A stretch of DNA of 31,404 nt from Spirochaetota bacterium (GTDB lineage: Bacteria; Spirochaetota; Spirochaetia; DTKZ01): the NCBI GenBank assembly GCA_029562045.1, contig JAKQWJ010000073.1, positions 1 through 31,404 of the forward strand, read 5' to 3'. A program made the position numbers and the translations under genes. Positions 16,056-24,361 of the stretch are shown in pieces. The notes beneath the pieces are model-generated. The model did not search any database. It saw nothing but the letters and a program-made list of their open reading frames with translations, and was not told the DNA's origin. The first letter of the stretch is position 1, and each line of letters begins with the position of its first letter.

Positions 16056-17036
16056 CTAAAAATCGGGGTGGAATTTTTTCCGATACTCTTCCAGCTCGAT
16101 GATGGGCGGCCGCTCCAGCGTGGGGACCTGGGACAGAACCGGTTCGTGGACCCCGCCCTGCACACTCAGGGCGATGTGAAACTCCTTCAGCCTGGTCTCG
16201 AGATCGTCCTCCCCGTACATGTTCAGCCGATTGAAAAAAGTGGTCAGAATGCCGAAGGCCATCTTGCTCAGGGACTGGACGCTCTGGTTCCGGTGCACCC
16301 GGCGGTCCAGGTCCACCTGCGCCAGGGCCTGGACGCCGAACTTGTGGTAGATGTCGATGAGGTGCCCGGTCTCCACCCCGTAGCCCACCGAGAAGGGAAG
16401 CTGTTCCAGAACCCGCCGGCGCCCGGCGTACTCTCCGCTCAGGGGCTGAACGAGATAGGCCAGCTCGGGATAGAAAAGGGAAAAAAGAGGCCTCACCAGG
16501 ATCTCCGTGACCCGGCCGCCCCCGGAGGCGGAGAGGGTGGTTCTGGTGCGGATGGGCCGTTCGTAGAAGCCTTTGACATAGGATATCCCGTCGTTCTCCA
16601 GAAGGGGGCCCACCAGGCCGTAGACGAATTTGGGGGCGATGTTGTGGATGTCCGCGTCGATCCAGACGATGATGTTCCCCCGGAGAACGTGGAGACTCTT
16701 CCAGAGATTCTCCCCCTTCCCCCGGTAGGTCCCCCGGCTTTTCAGGATGTCCCGGGACTGATGGACCTGCGCCCCGAAACCGGCGGCGATTTCGCAGGTC
16801 CGGTCCTCGGACCCGGAATCGATGACCACGATCTCGTCTATCAGCGGGAAGCGGTCCATCAGCTCGGTTTTGATGACCAGGATCTCCTTTCCGATGGTGG
16901 CCTCCTCGTTCAGGGTCGGGAAGGCCAGGGAGATCACCGCCCCCTTCATTTTTTTGAGGTCCACCAGACGCTTCTTGTCCGCGAATCGGCTGTGGTGGTA
17001 GGTCCTTTCCAGAAGGGCGCCCTGTTCCGCGCTCAT
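16056..17036 (-). CDS. gpgS: Glucosyl-3-phosphoglycerate synthase (GT81-like)
   Basis: PTLNEE, DEIVVIDSGS.D, GKGENLWKS, WIDADI, VKGFYERP, GGRVTEILVRP, QPLSGEYAGRR, GYGVETG, RVHRNQ; start ATG 17036 with ATGA overlap. Confidence 0.92.
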   Translation of the reverse strand: MSAEQGALLERTYHHSRFADKKRLVDLKKMKGAVISLAFPTLNEEATIGKEILVIKTELMDRFPLIDEIVVIDSGSEDRTCEIAAGFGAQVHQSRDILKSRGTYRGKGENLWKSLHVLRGNIIVWIDADIHNIAPKFVYGLVGPLLENDGISYVKGFYERPIRTRTTLSASGGGRVTEILVRPLFSLFYPELAYLVQPLSGEYAGRRRVLEQLPFSVGYGVETGHLIDIYHKFGVQALAQVDLDRRVHRNQSVQSLSKMAFGILTTFFNRLNMYGEDDLETRLKEFHIALSVQGGVHEPVLSQVPTLERPPIIELEEYRKKFHPDF

Positions 17037-18250
17037 GGCCGCAGCAGCTCCTCTTTCTCGATGCTCCGTTCCAGAAGCATCAGAAGCTGGCGGAAGCCCG
17101 TCTCGATGGGTTCCAGTTCCACATACTCCTCCGTAAGCCGCTTCCGTCCCCGGGTCATGCCCACCGTAACGGCGGGGACGCCCAGGGAATTGAGAATGGC
17201 CGTCTTGTCCGGCACGGACACGGCGTTGGACTTGATCTTCAGCTCCTCGTGGACCGACCGGAGGGTGTCGGTGAGAAAGGCGTTGATCTCCGGGTTGCCC
17301 ACGGGGATGAAGGAGTTGACGGCTATGTCGATTTTCGCCCCCATCTCCTCGGCGATCTTTTCGATGGTGGCGGAGGCGGTTTTTTTCATGAGGTTCAGAA
17401 CGTTGGTGTCGCCGGAGTAGATCTCCAGTTCCAGAAAGCCCTCGGAGGGGAAAAACCCGAAGCCCAGGCCGGCCACTATGCGGGCGATATTCAGGGTCGC
17501 GCCGCCTTCGCGGTCCCACTGGATGTTGCCCAACTGGAAGGCGATGTTGGACAGGACCGACACCGCCGAGACCCCGGGGGTTTTTTCCAGGACCTGGTGG
17601 TCCCCGGTGCCGGCAGTGACGGTGAGCTTGTAATGCCCCAGGGGATGGGATTCGATGTTTCCCAGCTGCATCCCCGTGACGTACACCGCGAAGGCGATGT
17701 CTCCGTCCCATTCGGAGAGAAAACCGCGCAGGCCGATGAACTCCTCCCCCTCCGAGGCCAGATGGGCGAAGAGCAGCACCAGGTTCGTGTCGAAGCTGAT
17801 GGAGTTTTTCTGCAGGTATTCGGCGAGGATCAGCAGAGAGGCCACACCGATGCTGTTGTCGGCGATCCCCGCCCCGATGGCCCGGTCCGCGGTGAGACGC
17901 ACCAGGGAGCCCAGAGGCGAGTAGGAGGGATTTTCGATCTCCGCGAAGAGAAGGACGAAATCGTCCGAGGGCTTGGCCCCGGGAAACTGCACCCAGACAT
18001 TTCCCATCCCGTCGGTGCGGATGTCGGTGATGCCGAACTCTTCCAGTCGGCGGACGATGAAGCTTCCCCGGAGGCTTTCATTCTCGCTGGGGGAGGGTAT
18101 CTCGTTGAAGAGCACCGCATCGGACACGATGCGGTTGACGTACATCTCCTCGAAGGGCTTTCCCCGGAAAGTCTTTTTCCTCTTTTTACGGGCGGAAAGC
18201 CGGGCGGCGGCAAAAAAATCCCTGATGGTGGAAATGATCTTTCGTATCAT
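17033..18250 (-). CDS. M20/M25/M40 peptidase-fold protein with degenerate metal ligands (probable pseudoenzyme)
   Basis: IPSPS.NE..R, TD..GNV, GAGIADN, GEE, LGVPAVTVG give the fold; AHxD reads AEIE and the C-terminal His is absent. Confidence 0.8.
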   Translation of the reverse strand: MIRKIISTIRDFFAAARLSARKKRKKTFRGKPFEEMYVNRIVSDAVLFNEIPSPSENESLRGSFIVRRLEEFGITDIRTDGMGNVWVQFPGAKPSDDFVLLFAEIENPSYSPLGSLVRLTADRAIGAGIADNSIGVASLLILAEYLQKNSISFDTNLVLLFAHLASEGEEFIGLRGFLSEWDGDIAFAVYVTGMQLGNIESHPLGHYKLTVTAGTGDHQVLEKTPGVSAVSVLSNIAFQLGNIQWDREGGATLNIARIVAGLGFGFFPSEGFLELEIYSGDTNVLNLMKKTASATIEKIAEEMGAKIDIAVNSFIPVGNPEINAFLTDTLRSVHEELKIKSNAVSVPDKTAILNSLGVPAVTVGMTRGRKRLTEEYVELEPIETGFRQLLMLLERSIEKEELLRP

Positions 18251-18262
18251 CGCTGTCTTTTC

Positions 18263-18291
18263 ACTATAAGACATCGCTCCGGCGATTACAA
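18263..18291 (-). promoter_or_regulatory. sigma70 promoter of the M20-like/gpgS operon
   Basis: TTGTAA-17-TATAGT, then 12 nt to ATG 18250; no SD. Confidence 0.65.
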
Positions 18292-18321
18292 GGGAAGGCG
18301 TTTTTCCCGTGCCGGCGGGTC

Positions 18322-18350
18322 TTCAAAAAAAAAGTCTCCCGGTGTAAGGT
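18322..18350 (+). promoter_or_regulatory. sigma70 promoter of the ParB-like/radical SAM operon (leaderless geometry)
   Basis: TTCAAA-17-TAAGGT, then 6 nt to ATG 18357. Confidence 0.55.
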
Positions 18351-18356
18351 CCTTCC

Positions 18357-19253
18357 ATGATGTCCCTTTCCCCCGACGAACTCCTCCGTCTGCCCCGCCC
18401 CTTCTTTTTCCCCGAATCCCCCGAAGGTGTGGACCCGGAACTGGTCCGGAGGGGTCTGTGCCCGCCCCTTCCGCTGGTGGTTTCCCCGACGCAGGGGGGG
18501 CGGGAGCGGAGACTCCTGGTCTGGGGCGGGGCCCTCGCCGCGGCCGCCCGGGGACTGGGGACCCCCGCGCTGCAGGTCCGGGAATGGGAGGAGGCGGACC
18601 TTCCTCCCCGGGAGGCCCTCCTCCTCTGCCTCCGGCTGGAAAACCGCCGGGACCGGTACAGCCCCCGGGAAACGGAGACCCTGGCGGCGGTGATGGAGGA
18701 AATGGGAATACCGGAGTCGGACCCCCAGGTGGGGGATCTGGTGTCCTCCCGGGGCGCCCTGCGCCCGGCCTTCCGCCGTCTCCGGCTGGGGCCGGCCCCC
18801 CGGGAGCTGGCCTCGGAGGAGATGATCGACATCAGGACGGCGGAGAATCTCGGTGAAGTCCCGGAGGAGGTTCTCCGCCGGCTCCGGCCCGCCCTGGAGG
18901 GGATGAGCTTTTCCGACCGCCGGATATTCCTGAACTCCCTGGTGGAGATACTTCTTCGGGACGGTCCCGGAAATTCGGAGCGTCTTGCCGCCGAGCTGGC
19001 GGCTGCGGCGGACCCGGTGGCGGCGGTCCGGGAACTGCGCTTTCCCCAGCTCTCCCTCATGGAGGAGAGGTTCCGGGACCTGAGCCGCCGCTTTTTCAGC
19101 GGAAGCGGGGTCGTCCTGAAGCATCCGCCCCATTTCGAAGGCCGCCGGTTTTCCATCAGCTTCGATTTCGACGGCCCCCAGGTTCTGGGAAAAAAAATCG
19201 GAGTCCTGGAACGATTCCTCCGGGAGGGGGGCGAACTGTATGATCTCGTATGA
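18357..19253 (+). CDS. Hypothetical protein with a degenerate ParB/Srx-like N-terminal domain
   Basis: GLCPPLPLVV...LLVWGGALAAAARGLG..ALQVRE...LEN mirrors the ParB G+l.P+.V...l+.G.RR+.Aa..lg...v...a+.EN pattern; C-terminal PPHFEG; overlaps the next gene by 14 nt. Confidence 0.6.
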   Translation: MMSLSPDELLRLPRPFFFPESPEGVDPELVRRGLCPPLPLVVSPTQGGRERRLLVWGGALAAAARGLGTPALQVREWEEADLPPREALLLCLRLENRRDRYSPRETETLAAVMEEMGIPESDPQVGDLVSSRGALRPAFRRLRLGPAPRELASEEMIDIRTAENLGEVPEEVLRRLRPALEGMSFSDRRIFLNSLVEILLRDGPGNSERLAAELAAAADPVAAVRELRFPQLSLMEERFRDLSRRFFSGSGVVLKHPPHFEGRRFSISFDFDGPQVLGKKIGVLERFLREGGELYDLV

Positions 19254-20406
19254 GCCCCTGTCCGGCAACCCGCCGGATGCCGCCGCCCAGCTCCGGAAAG
19301 CCGTCGCGCGCCTGCCTTTCCGGAGGATCTACCTCTCTCCGGAGGCGGAAGACCTTCCGGCGGCGCGGCGGGCACTGGAGCGTCTGCCGGGGCTCCCGGT
19401 CCATTCCGCCCCCTCCCGGGAGGGGATTCCGGAAGAGCACCGGAGCCGGGAGACCCTCTTCATCACCCGTCCCCGGGGCGGAACGGTGGGCCGCTGTCCC
19501 GGCTCCCGGGGCCACCTGTGCTGCAACTACCTCACCGTGGACATCTACCTGGGCTGCAGTCTGGGCTGCAGCTACTGCATAATGAAAAGCTACCTGAACT
19601 TCGAACCCCTGGTGGTCCACGCCGACCCCGGACCCGCCGTGGAGAGGATCCGCGGCATCGCCCGGGACAACCCCGACCGGATGATCCGGGTGGGCAGCGG
19701 GGAGACCGGCGATTCCCTGGAGCTGGACCCCATCTTCGGCCTGACGGAGGAGTTCATCCGGGGCCTGGCGGATCTCCCCAATGTGCGCTTCGAAGCAAAG
19801 ACCAAAACCGTCTTCGTGGACCATCTTCTGGACATACCCGACAAGGGGGGAGCGGTGATGGCCTTCTCGCTGAACGCCCGGGAGGTGCAGCAGGCCGAAG
19901 AGGGGGAGGCGGCTTCCATCGACGAGAGGCTCAGGGCGGCGGAGAGGGCGGTCCGGGCGGGCTACATGGCGGCCTTCCATTTCGATCCCGTCATCGCCTA
20001 TCCGGACTGGCGGGAAGGGTACGGGGAAACCATCGGAAAACTGGGACGCTTCCCCGCGGACCGGGTGGCCTGGATAAGCCTGGGGACCTTCCGGTATCCC
20101 CCGGCCCTGAAGGACCGGATGGACCGGCGCCCCTACCTCTACGACGAGTTCGTCCCCTGCCGGGACGGCAAATACCGGTATCTGCAGCGCCGCCGGGGAG
20201 AAATTTACACCTTCATGAAAAAAGAAATCTCCGGGACCCTGGATGTGCCGGTCTATCTCTGCATGGAGAGCGCCGATATCTGGCGCCGGGTCTACGGGGA
20301 CATGCCGCTGAAAATGCGGGACATGCATGATATATTTACAATAGCCCGGAACGCCGATCCGCCCGCGGACTCCGGCGCCTCCCCGGGAAGGAAGGTCGTG
20401 TTATGA
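19240..20406 (+). CDS. Spore photoproduct lyase (SplB)-like radical SAM protein
   Basis: CxxxCxxC (CSLGCSYC), CCNY, GETGDS, EAKTK, AFSLN, ERL.AA, FHFDPVI, ISLGTFRY, VYLCMES. Confidence 0.88.
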   Translation: MISYEPLSGNPPDAAAQLRKAVARLPFRRIYLSPEAEDLPAARRALERLPGLPVHSAPSREGIPEEHRSRETLFITRPRGGTVGRCPGSRGHLCCNYLTVDIYLGCSLGCSYCIMKSYLNFEPLVVHADPGPAVERIRGIARDNPDRMIRVGSGETGDSLELDPIFGLTEEFIRGLADLPNVRFEAKTKTVFVDHLLDIPDKGGAVMAFSLNAREVQQAEEGEAASIDERLRAAERAVRAGYMAAFHFDPVIAYPDWREGYGETIGKLGRFPADRVAWISLGTFRYPPALKDRMDRRPYLYDEFVPCRDGKYRYLQRRRGEIYTFMKKEISGTLDVPVYLCMESADIWRRVYGDMPLKMRDMHDIFTIARNADPPADSGASPGRKVVL

Positions 20407-21524
20407 AGAAAAAATGGCTTGCCCTGTGTCTCCTGGCGCTGCCGGGGGCGGGCCTTCTGGCCGGAAACGTGGGGGAAATCTCCTATCTCATGGATAGGGC
20501 CACCATCTCCCGGGATGGAAAAACCTGGGCCGCGAGCTTCGGCTCCGGAGTGGAAAACTACGACACCATCCGCACCGATGCCCGGGGGCTGGCGGAAATC
20601 GGGGTCCTTCCGGAAACGGGGGTGGACGGCCTTGTCCGGGTGCAGCCGAAGACCACTCTGTATCTGGATGTGTCGACCCTGCGGGGAGGGAGCAAGGCCC
20701 GGGTGGAACTGCTGAGCGGGTCGGTGTCCGCCACGGTGAAGAAACTCGCCGGGCGATCGGATTTCACCATCCGGTCCCAGGGGGTGGCCATGGGAGTGCG
20801 GGGAACGAGCTTCTCGGTGACCGCCTCCGCCTCGGGGGACCTGCTGACCACCTGCTCGGACGGGGAAGTCCTCTGCACCGACGAAAACGGCGCCCGGCTC
20901 ACGGCGAAGCCGGGAACGGCGGTGGAAAAAACCGCCGAAGGCCTCTTCCGCAGCATTCCCGTCCGGGTATCGGACCTGGAATCCTTCCGCCGCAACTGGA
21001 ACGCCGAGAAAATCGAGGCCCTGAAATCCAACGCCGGGCCGGCGATCCGGGACTACGCCCGGCGCTACCAGGATCTGAAGACCGGGTTCGACGAAGCCTA
21101 CCGGGACCTCCTGGCCCGGAGGGAGATCCTGGACAAATGGTACCGGGAAGACGCCCGGAACGGAACGGGAACCAGGATCGAGACCATGCGGGAAAAATCC
21201 GCCCTGATGCCGGCGCTGATGAAAATCCGGGGAACGCTTTTCCTTTTCGAACGGGTGTACTATCGGCTGCTGGAACTCCGGGACTATCATGGCCAGGGGT
21301 ACGGCGCCGGTTTCGTCGGGGAGGGCGTGGATGCCGACCTCTTCTTCCGTCGCCTGGAGACCGAATCCCGGGACCTGGAAAACCGCATGGAAACCATCCG
21401 GTATGTCCTGAAGCTCTACGCCAAACGGAACGACGGGGTCTCCCTCTTCGACGACCTCCTGGGGGGCGGCGGACCCGCCGGGGACGGAAAATCGGACGAG
21501 GACTCTTTCTTCGGAACGGAATAG
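20403..21524 (+). CDS. Exported FecR-domain protein
   Basis: Signal peptide MKKKWLALCLLAL..; DTIRTD...AEI, VRVQPKT.L, LLSGSV, AMGVRGTSFSV, CSDGEV FecR pattern; helical C-terminus; ATGA overlap. Confidence 0.82.
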   Translation: MKKKWLALCLLALPGAGLLAGNVGEISYLMDRATISRDGKTWAASFGSGVENYDTIRTDARGLAEIGVLPETGVDGLVRVQPKTTLYLDVSTLRGGSKARVELLSGSVSATVKKLAGRSDFTIRSQGVAMGVRGTSFSVTASASGDLLTTCSDGEVLCTDENGARLTAKPGTAVEKTAEGLFRSIPVRVSDLESFRRNWNAEKIEALKSNAGPAIRDYARRYQDLKTGFDEAYRDLLARREILDKWYREDARNGTGTRIETMREKSALMPALMKIRGTLFLFERVYYRLLELRDYHGQGYGAGFVGEGVDADLFFRRLETESRDLENRMETIRYVLKLYAKRNDGVSLFDDLLGGGGPAGDGKSDEDSFFGTE

Positions 21525-21533
21525 CGGAAGCCC

Positions 21534-21632
21534 ATGACCAAGCTGCTGGCGTTTTTTCTGGCCGTCGGGGTGCCTCTTCTCTGGGGTTTCATGGCTGCCT
21601 CTCTGGCGAACCTGTTCAGGAAAAGGAAATGA
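21534..21632 (+). CDS. Putative 32-aa small membrane protein
   Basis: Below the ORF-track cutoff. MTKLLAFFLAVGVPLLWGFMAASLANLFRKRK: one hydrophobic stretch plus a basic tail. Starts 9 nt after the FecR stop and ends 3 nt before the TauE start. Confidence 0.5.
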   Translation: MTKLLAFFLAVGVPLLWGFMAASLANLFRKRK

Positions 21633-21635
21633 ATC

Positions 21636-22550
21636 GTGACTGACATCTGGGGGCTCGTCGCCCCGGCCTTCGAAAGATCTCTCCCCTCCCCGATCTTCTA
21701 TCCCCTTCTGGTCTCCATCGGCTTCGGTGTGGGAGTGCTGACCGGGCTCTTCGGCGTCGGCGGCGGGTTCCTCGTGGTGCCCCTGCTGAACATCGCCGCG
21801 GGGGTCCCCTACTCCATAGCCGTGGGCAGCAGTCTCAGCTTCATCATCGGCACCGGAGCCTCCGCCCTGCCCGGCCATTTCCGCCGGGGAAACGTGGAAC
21901 CCGGGGCGGTCCTCTACATGGCCCTGGGCGGCTCCCTGGGGGCGGTTTTCGGAGACGGACTGCAGGATTTCCTGGCCTCCGTCAGCGGCGGGGACGAGGT
22001 CATCTTCACCCGGATCATGCACATTTTCTTCGTGGTTCTTCTTCTGGTCACAGCCCAACTGGTCTACCGGGGTTCGGAACGCCGGGCGGGGACCCTGAGC
22101 CCCCTGCAGAGGCTGCCCCTCCCGCCCCGGACCAACCTGACCCGCTCCAACCTGGCGAGGGTGAGCATCCCGGGCCTGGCGGGAATCGGCTTTTTCGTGG
22201 GCACACTGTCGGGCCTGATGGGGGTGGGCGGCGGGGTTCTCTTCATGCCCATCCTGCTTCTGCTGGTGGGCCTGGAAACCCGGCACGCCGTGGGAACCAG
22301 CCTGGGGGTGGTCTTCGTCTCGTCCATGACCGGCGCGGCCACGAAGATCTTCGCCGCCGCCCCGAAGATAAGCCTTCCCGTCACCATGACCCTCCTTCTG
22401 GGAAGCTCCCTGGGGGTGCCGCTGGGGTTAAGGATTTTCGGGATCCTCCGGACCGAGGGCATCCGGAAATATTTCGCCCTGGTCATCCTCGCGGCGGTGG
22501 CCCTCATACTGTGGGATCTTTTCCTGGGCTCTTCGGCGATGGTCGGGTGA
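21636..22550 (+). CDS. TauE/SafE (DUF81) sulfite exporter family membrane protein
   Basis: Duplicated GL.GVGGG(F/V)L..P motif (TGLFGVGGGFLVVP; SGLMGVGGGVLFMP), AVGSS / AVGTSL. Confidence 0.92.
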   Translation: MTDIWGLVAPAFERSLPSPIFYPLLVSIGFGVGVLTGLFGVGGGFLVVPLLNIAAGVPYSIAVGSSLSFIIGTGASALPGHFRRGNVEPGAVLYMALGGSLGAVFGDGLQDFLASVSGGDEVIFTRIMHIFFVVLLLVTAQLVYRGSERRAGTLSPLQRLPLPPRTNLTRSNLARVSIPGLAGIGFFVGTLSGLMGVGGGVLFMPILLLLVGLETRHAVGTSLGVVFVSSMTGAATKIFAAAPKISLPVTMTLLLGSSLGVPLGLRIFGILRTEGIRKYFALVILAAVALILWDLFLGSSAMVG

Positions 22551-22717
22551 ACGCTTCTTAAAAAAAGATCCGGGGCAGTCTTCCGCCTGCCCTGACCGGC
22601 AAAAGCCGCGCAGGCCGGCCCCTTTAGGCCCAGGCCCGAACCCTGGCCCGGCCGGGCTCAGGCATGTCCCGAGCCCGGGCCCCAGCCCGGGGCTCTGCGC
22701 TTTTCAGGGAAACGGGG

Positions 22718-23074
22718 CTAGGCCATCCTGATGTCGATCTTCTTCGGTTTGGACGATTCCCGGATATGGAGGGTCAGAAGCAGGACACCGTTTTTCATCA
22801 CCGCGTCGACCCGATTGCGGTCGATGGTGTCGTCCAGGGTGTAGCGTTTCTCGTAATCCGCCCGCCGTCGTTCCCGGATCAGGTATACCCCGTCGGCGGC
22901 CTCCTCCCGCCTCTCGGCGGTGATCAGGAGCTCGTCGTTCTCGATGCGAATGGACAGGTCGTTCTTTTCCACCCCCGGCATTTCCAGCCGGAGCACGACT
23001 TTTCCCTTGTCCTCGCAGATGTCCGCCGCGGGGGCAATCCGGCGGCGGGGTTCGGTCTTGGTCGCGTCTGCCAT
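22718..23074 (-). CDS. Small heat-shock protein (Hsp20/alpha-crystallin), second copy
   Basis: PAADI.E, LEMPGV.K, YEKRYTL, NGVL.L.L; start ATG 23074 after SD AAGGAGG (alternative 23095). Confidence 0.93.
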   Translation of the reverse strand: MADATKTEPRRRIAPAADICEDKGKVVLRLEMPGVEKNDLSIRIENDELLITAERREEAADGVYLIRERRRADYEKRYTLDDTIDRNRVDAVMKNGVLLLTLHIRESSKPKKIDIRMA

Positions 23075-23091
23075 CGTGGTCTCCTCCTTCG

Positions 23092-23550
23092 TCATTGCAC
23101 TTTCACGGCGATCTGCTTCGGCTTCACCTCTTCCCGCTTCGGCAGGTTTATGGTAAGAACGCCGCTGCGCATCACCGCCCCCACCGCCGAGGTGTCCACA
23201 GCCTTCGGCAGGGCCAGGGTCCGCTGGAACGAGCCGCTCCATGACTCCCGGCGATAAACCTTCGAGTCCGGGGAGTGGCTTTCCTCTTTCTTTTCCCCCT
23301 TCAGGGTGAGAACGTTGTCGGCGATGGATACGTCGATGTCTCCGATCTCCACCCCCGGAAGATCGCAGCTCACCACGAACCCATCCTCGTTTTCCACCAC
23401 GTCGATCTCCGGAGAAATCACCCGGTCGAACAGTCCCGACATGGTGGGGTACCTTTCGGTTTCGAAGAGCCGGTTGATCTCGTTCTGCAGCTGCTCGAAA
23501 TCCGACAGCGGGTTAAAGGGGTCCCGCTGTTTCCATCTCATGACTCTCAT
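23092..23550 (-). CDS. Small heat-shock protein (Hsp20/alpha-crystallin), first copy
   Basis: SPEIDV.E, DLPGV, LTLKGEK, E...GSFQRTLALP, GVLTINLPK; SD AAGGAGG. Confidence 0.95.
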   Translation of the reverse strand: MRVMRWKQRDPFNPLSDFEQLQNEINRLFETERYPTMSGLFDRVISPEIDVVENEDGFVVSCDLPGVEIGDIDVSIADNVLTLKGEKKEESHSPDSKVYRRESWSGSFQRTLALPKAVDTSAVGAVMRSGVLTINLPKREEVKPKQIAVKVQ

Positions 23551-23590
23551 GCAAGGCCTCCTTGGATTGGTATTCTCATATCAATAATAA

Positions 23591-23607
23591 AGCAATTAAC
23601 ATGCCAA
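23591..23607 (-). promoter_or_regulatory. sigma54 (-24/-12) promoter of the hsp20 pair
   Basis: Minus strand TTGGCATGTTAATTGCT: GG and GC separated by exactly 10 nt, close to consensus TGGCACG-N4-TTGC(A/T); no sigma70 match near the start. Confidence 0.85.
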
Positions 23608-23725
23608 TTGCGGCCAATCCCTGATGGGCGTGCATAAATCTATATTATATAATTAGTTACATAAATCGCCTCCTGATCCGGAACTTCCGGCGCTCCCTCC
23701 GGCGATCCTTTCTTCGCCCCAAGAC

Positions 23726-23781
23726 CGAGTCAAAACGACACATTCCGGATCTATACTCTCCATGCTGGGTCAACATGACAC
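23726..23781. promoter_or_regulatory. Two related palindromic sites, candidate enhancer (UAS) for a sigma54 activator
   Basis: GAGTCAAAACGACAC (23726-23740) and GGGTCAACATGACAC (23767-23781), 41 bp apart, about 120-175 bp upstream of the -24 box. Confidence 0.5.
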
Positions 23782-23808
23782 TGCCCGGGTCCCGGACATG
23801 GGGACAGG

Positions 23809-23838
23809 TTGTCCTTTTCTCTTTCCCCATGATAAAAT
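23809..23838 (+). promoter_or_regulatory. sigma70 promoter of the beta-barrel/PAP2 operon
   Basis: TTGTCC-18-TAAAAT with extended -10 (TGa). Confidence 0.6.
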
Positions 23839-23860
23839 GCCGCCGCGAAAGGAGACGCCC

Positions 23861-24361
23861 ATGAAAAAAGCCCGCCTCTTCACCCTCGCGATCCTCCTGG
23901 CCGCCGCGGCGGGGCCTCTTCAGGCCCAGTCCTTTCTGGCGGGGATCGGGGTGGATTTCGTCCGTCACGACCGCGCCTTCCTGGACCTTCGGGCCGCGTA
24001 CCTGAAGCCCATCAACCCCGACGTGGAGCTGACCCTGGGGGGAAGTTTCGCCATCGTCACGGAAAAAAAGGACGGACGGGTGGAGCCGGATTTCTTCATT
24101 CCCCTGGACGGGGGCGTCATTTTCCTCTTTCCGGTGAACGAAACCTTCGCCTACCAGTTCGGTCTGGGGGTGACGGTCCAGTTTCTGCTGCAGAATCCCA
24201 ACCGGTTCTACGCCGGCCCCTATCTGGGTCTGGGGGTCCGTTTCGGAGTCCATCCCTACATGGAGTGGTATATCGAAGGCCGCCAGGACCTGATTTTCGG
24301 CGAGCCCGAATGGATCGACACCTCCACCCGCCTGTCCACGGGAGTCGTTTTCAAACTGTGA
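23861..24361 (+). CDS. Putative small outer-membrane beta-barrel protein (about 8 strands)
   Basis: SD AAGGAG; signal peptide ending LQA; alternating hydrophobic/aromatic strands (YQFGLGVTVQF, YLGLGVRF); C-terminal TGVVFKL. Confidence 0.7.
   Translation: MKKARLFTLAILLAAAAGPLQAQSFLAGIGVDFVRHDRAFLDLRAAYLKPINPDVELTLGGSFAIVTEKKDGRVEPDFFIPLDGGVIFLFPVNETFAYQFGLGVTVQFLLQNPNRFYAGPYLGLGVRFGVHPYMEWYIEGRQDLIFGEPEWIDTSTRLSTGVVFKL

Noticed and set aside
22551-22717. Nested GC-rich inverted repeats (e.g. CCGGGCTC...GAGCCCGG) between tauE and hsp20
   Set aside because: Probably termination structures, but with no clean U-tract or defined unit, so not callable as a feature
23551-23670. CIRCE or sigma32 heat-shock element upstream of the hsp20 genes
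   Set aside because: No TTAGCACTC-N9-GAGTGCTAA and no convincing CTTGAA/CCCCAT pair; the sigma54 box fits much better
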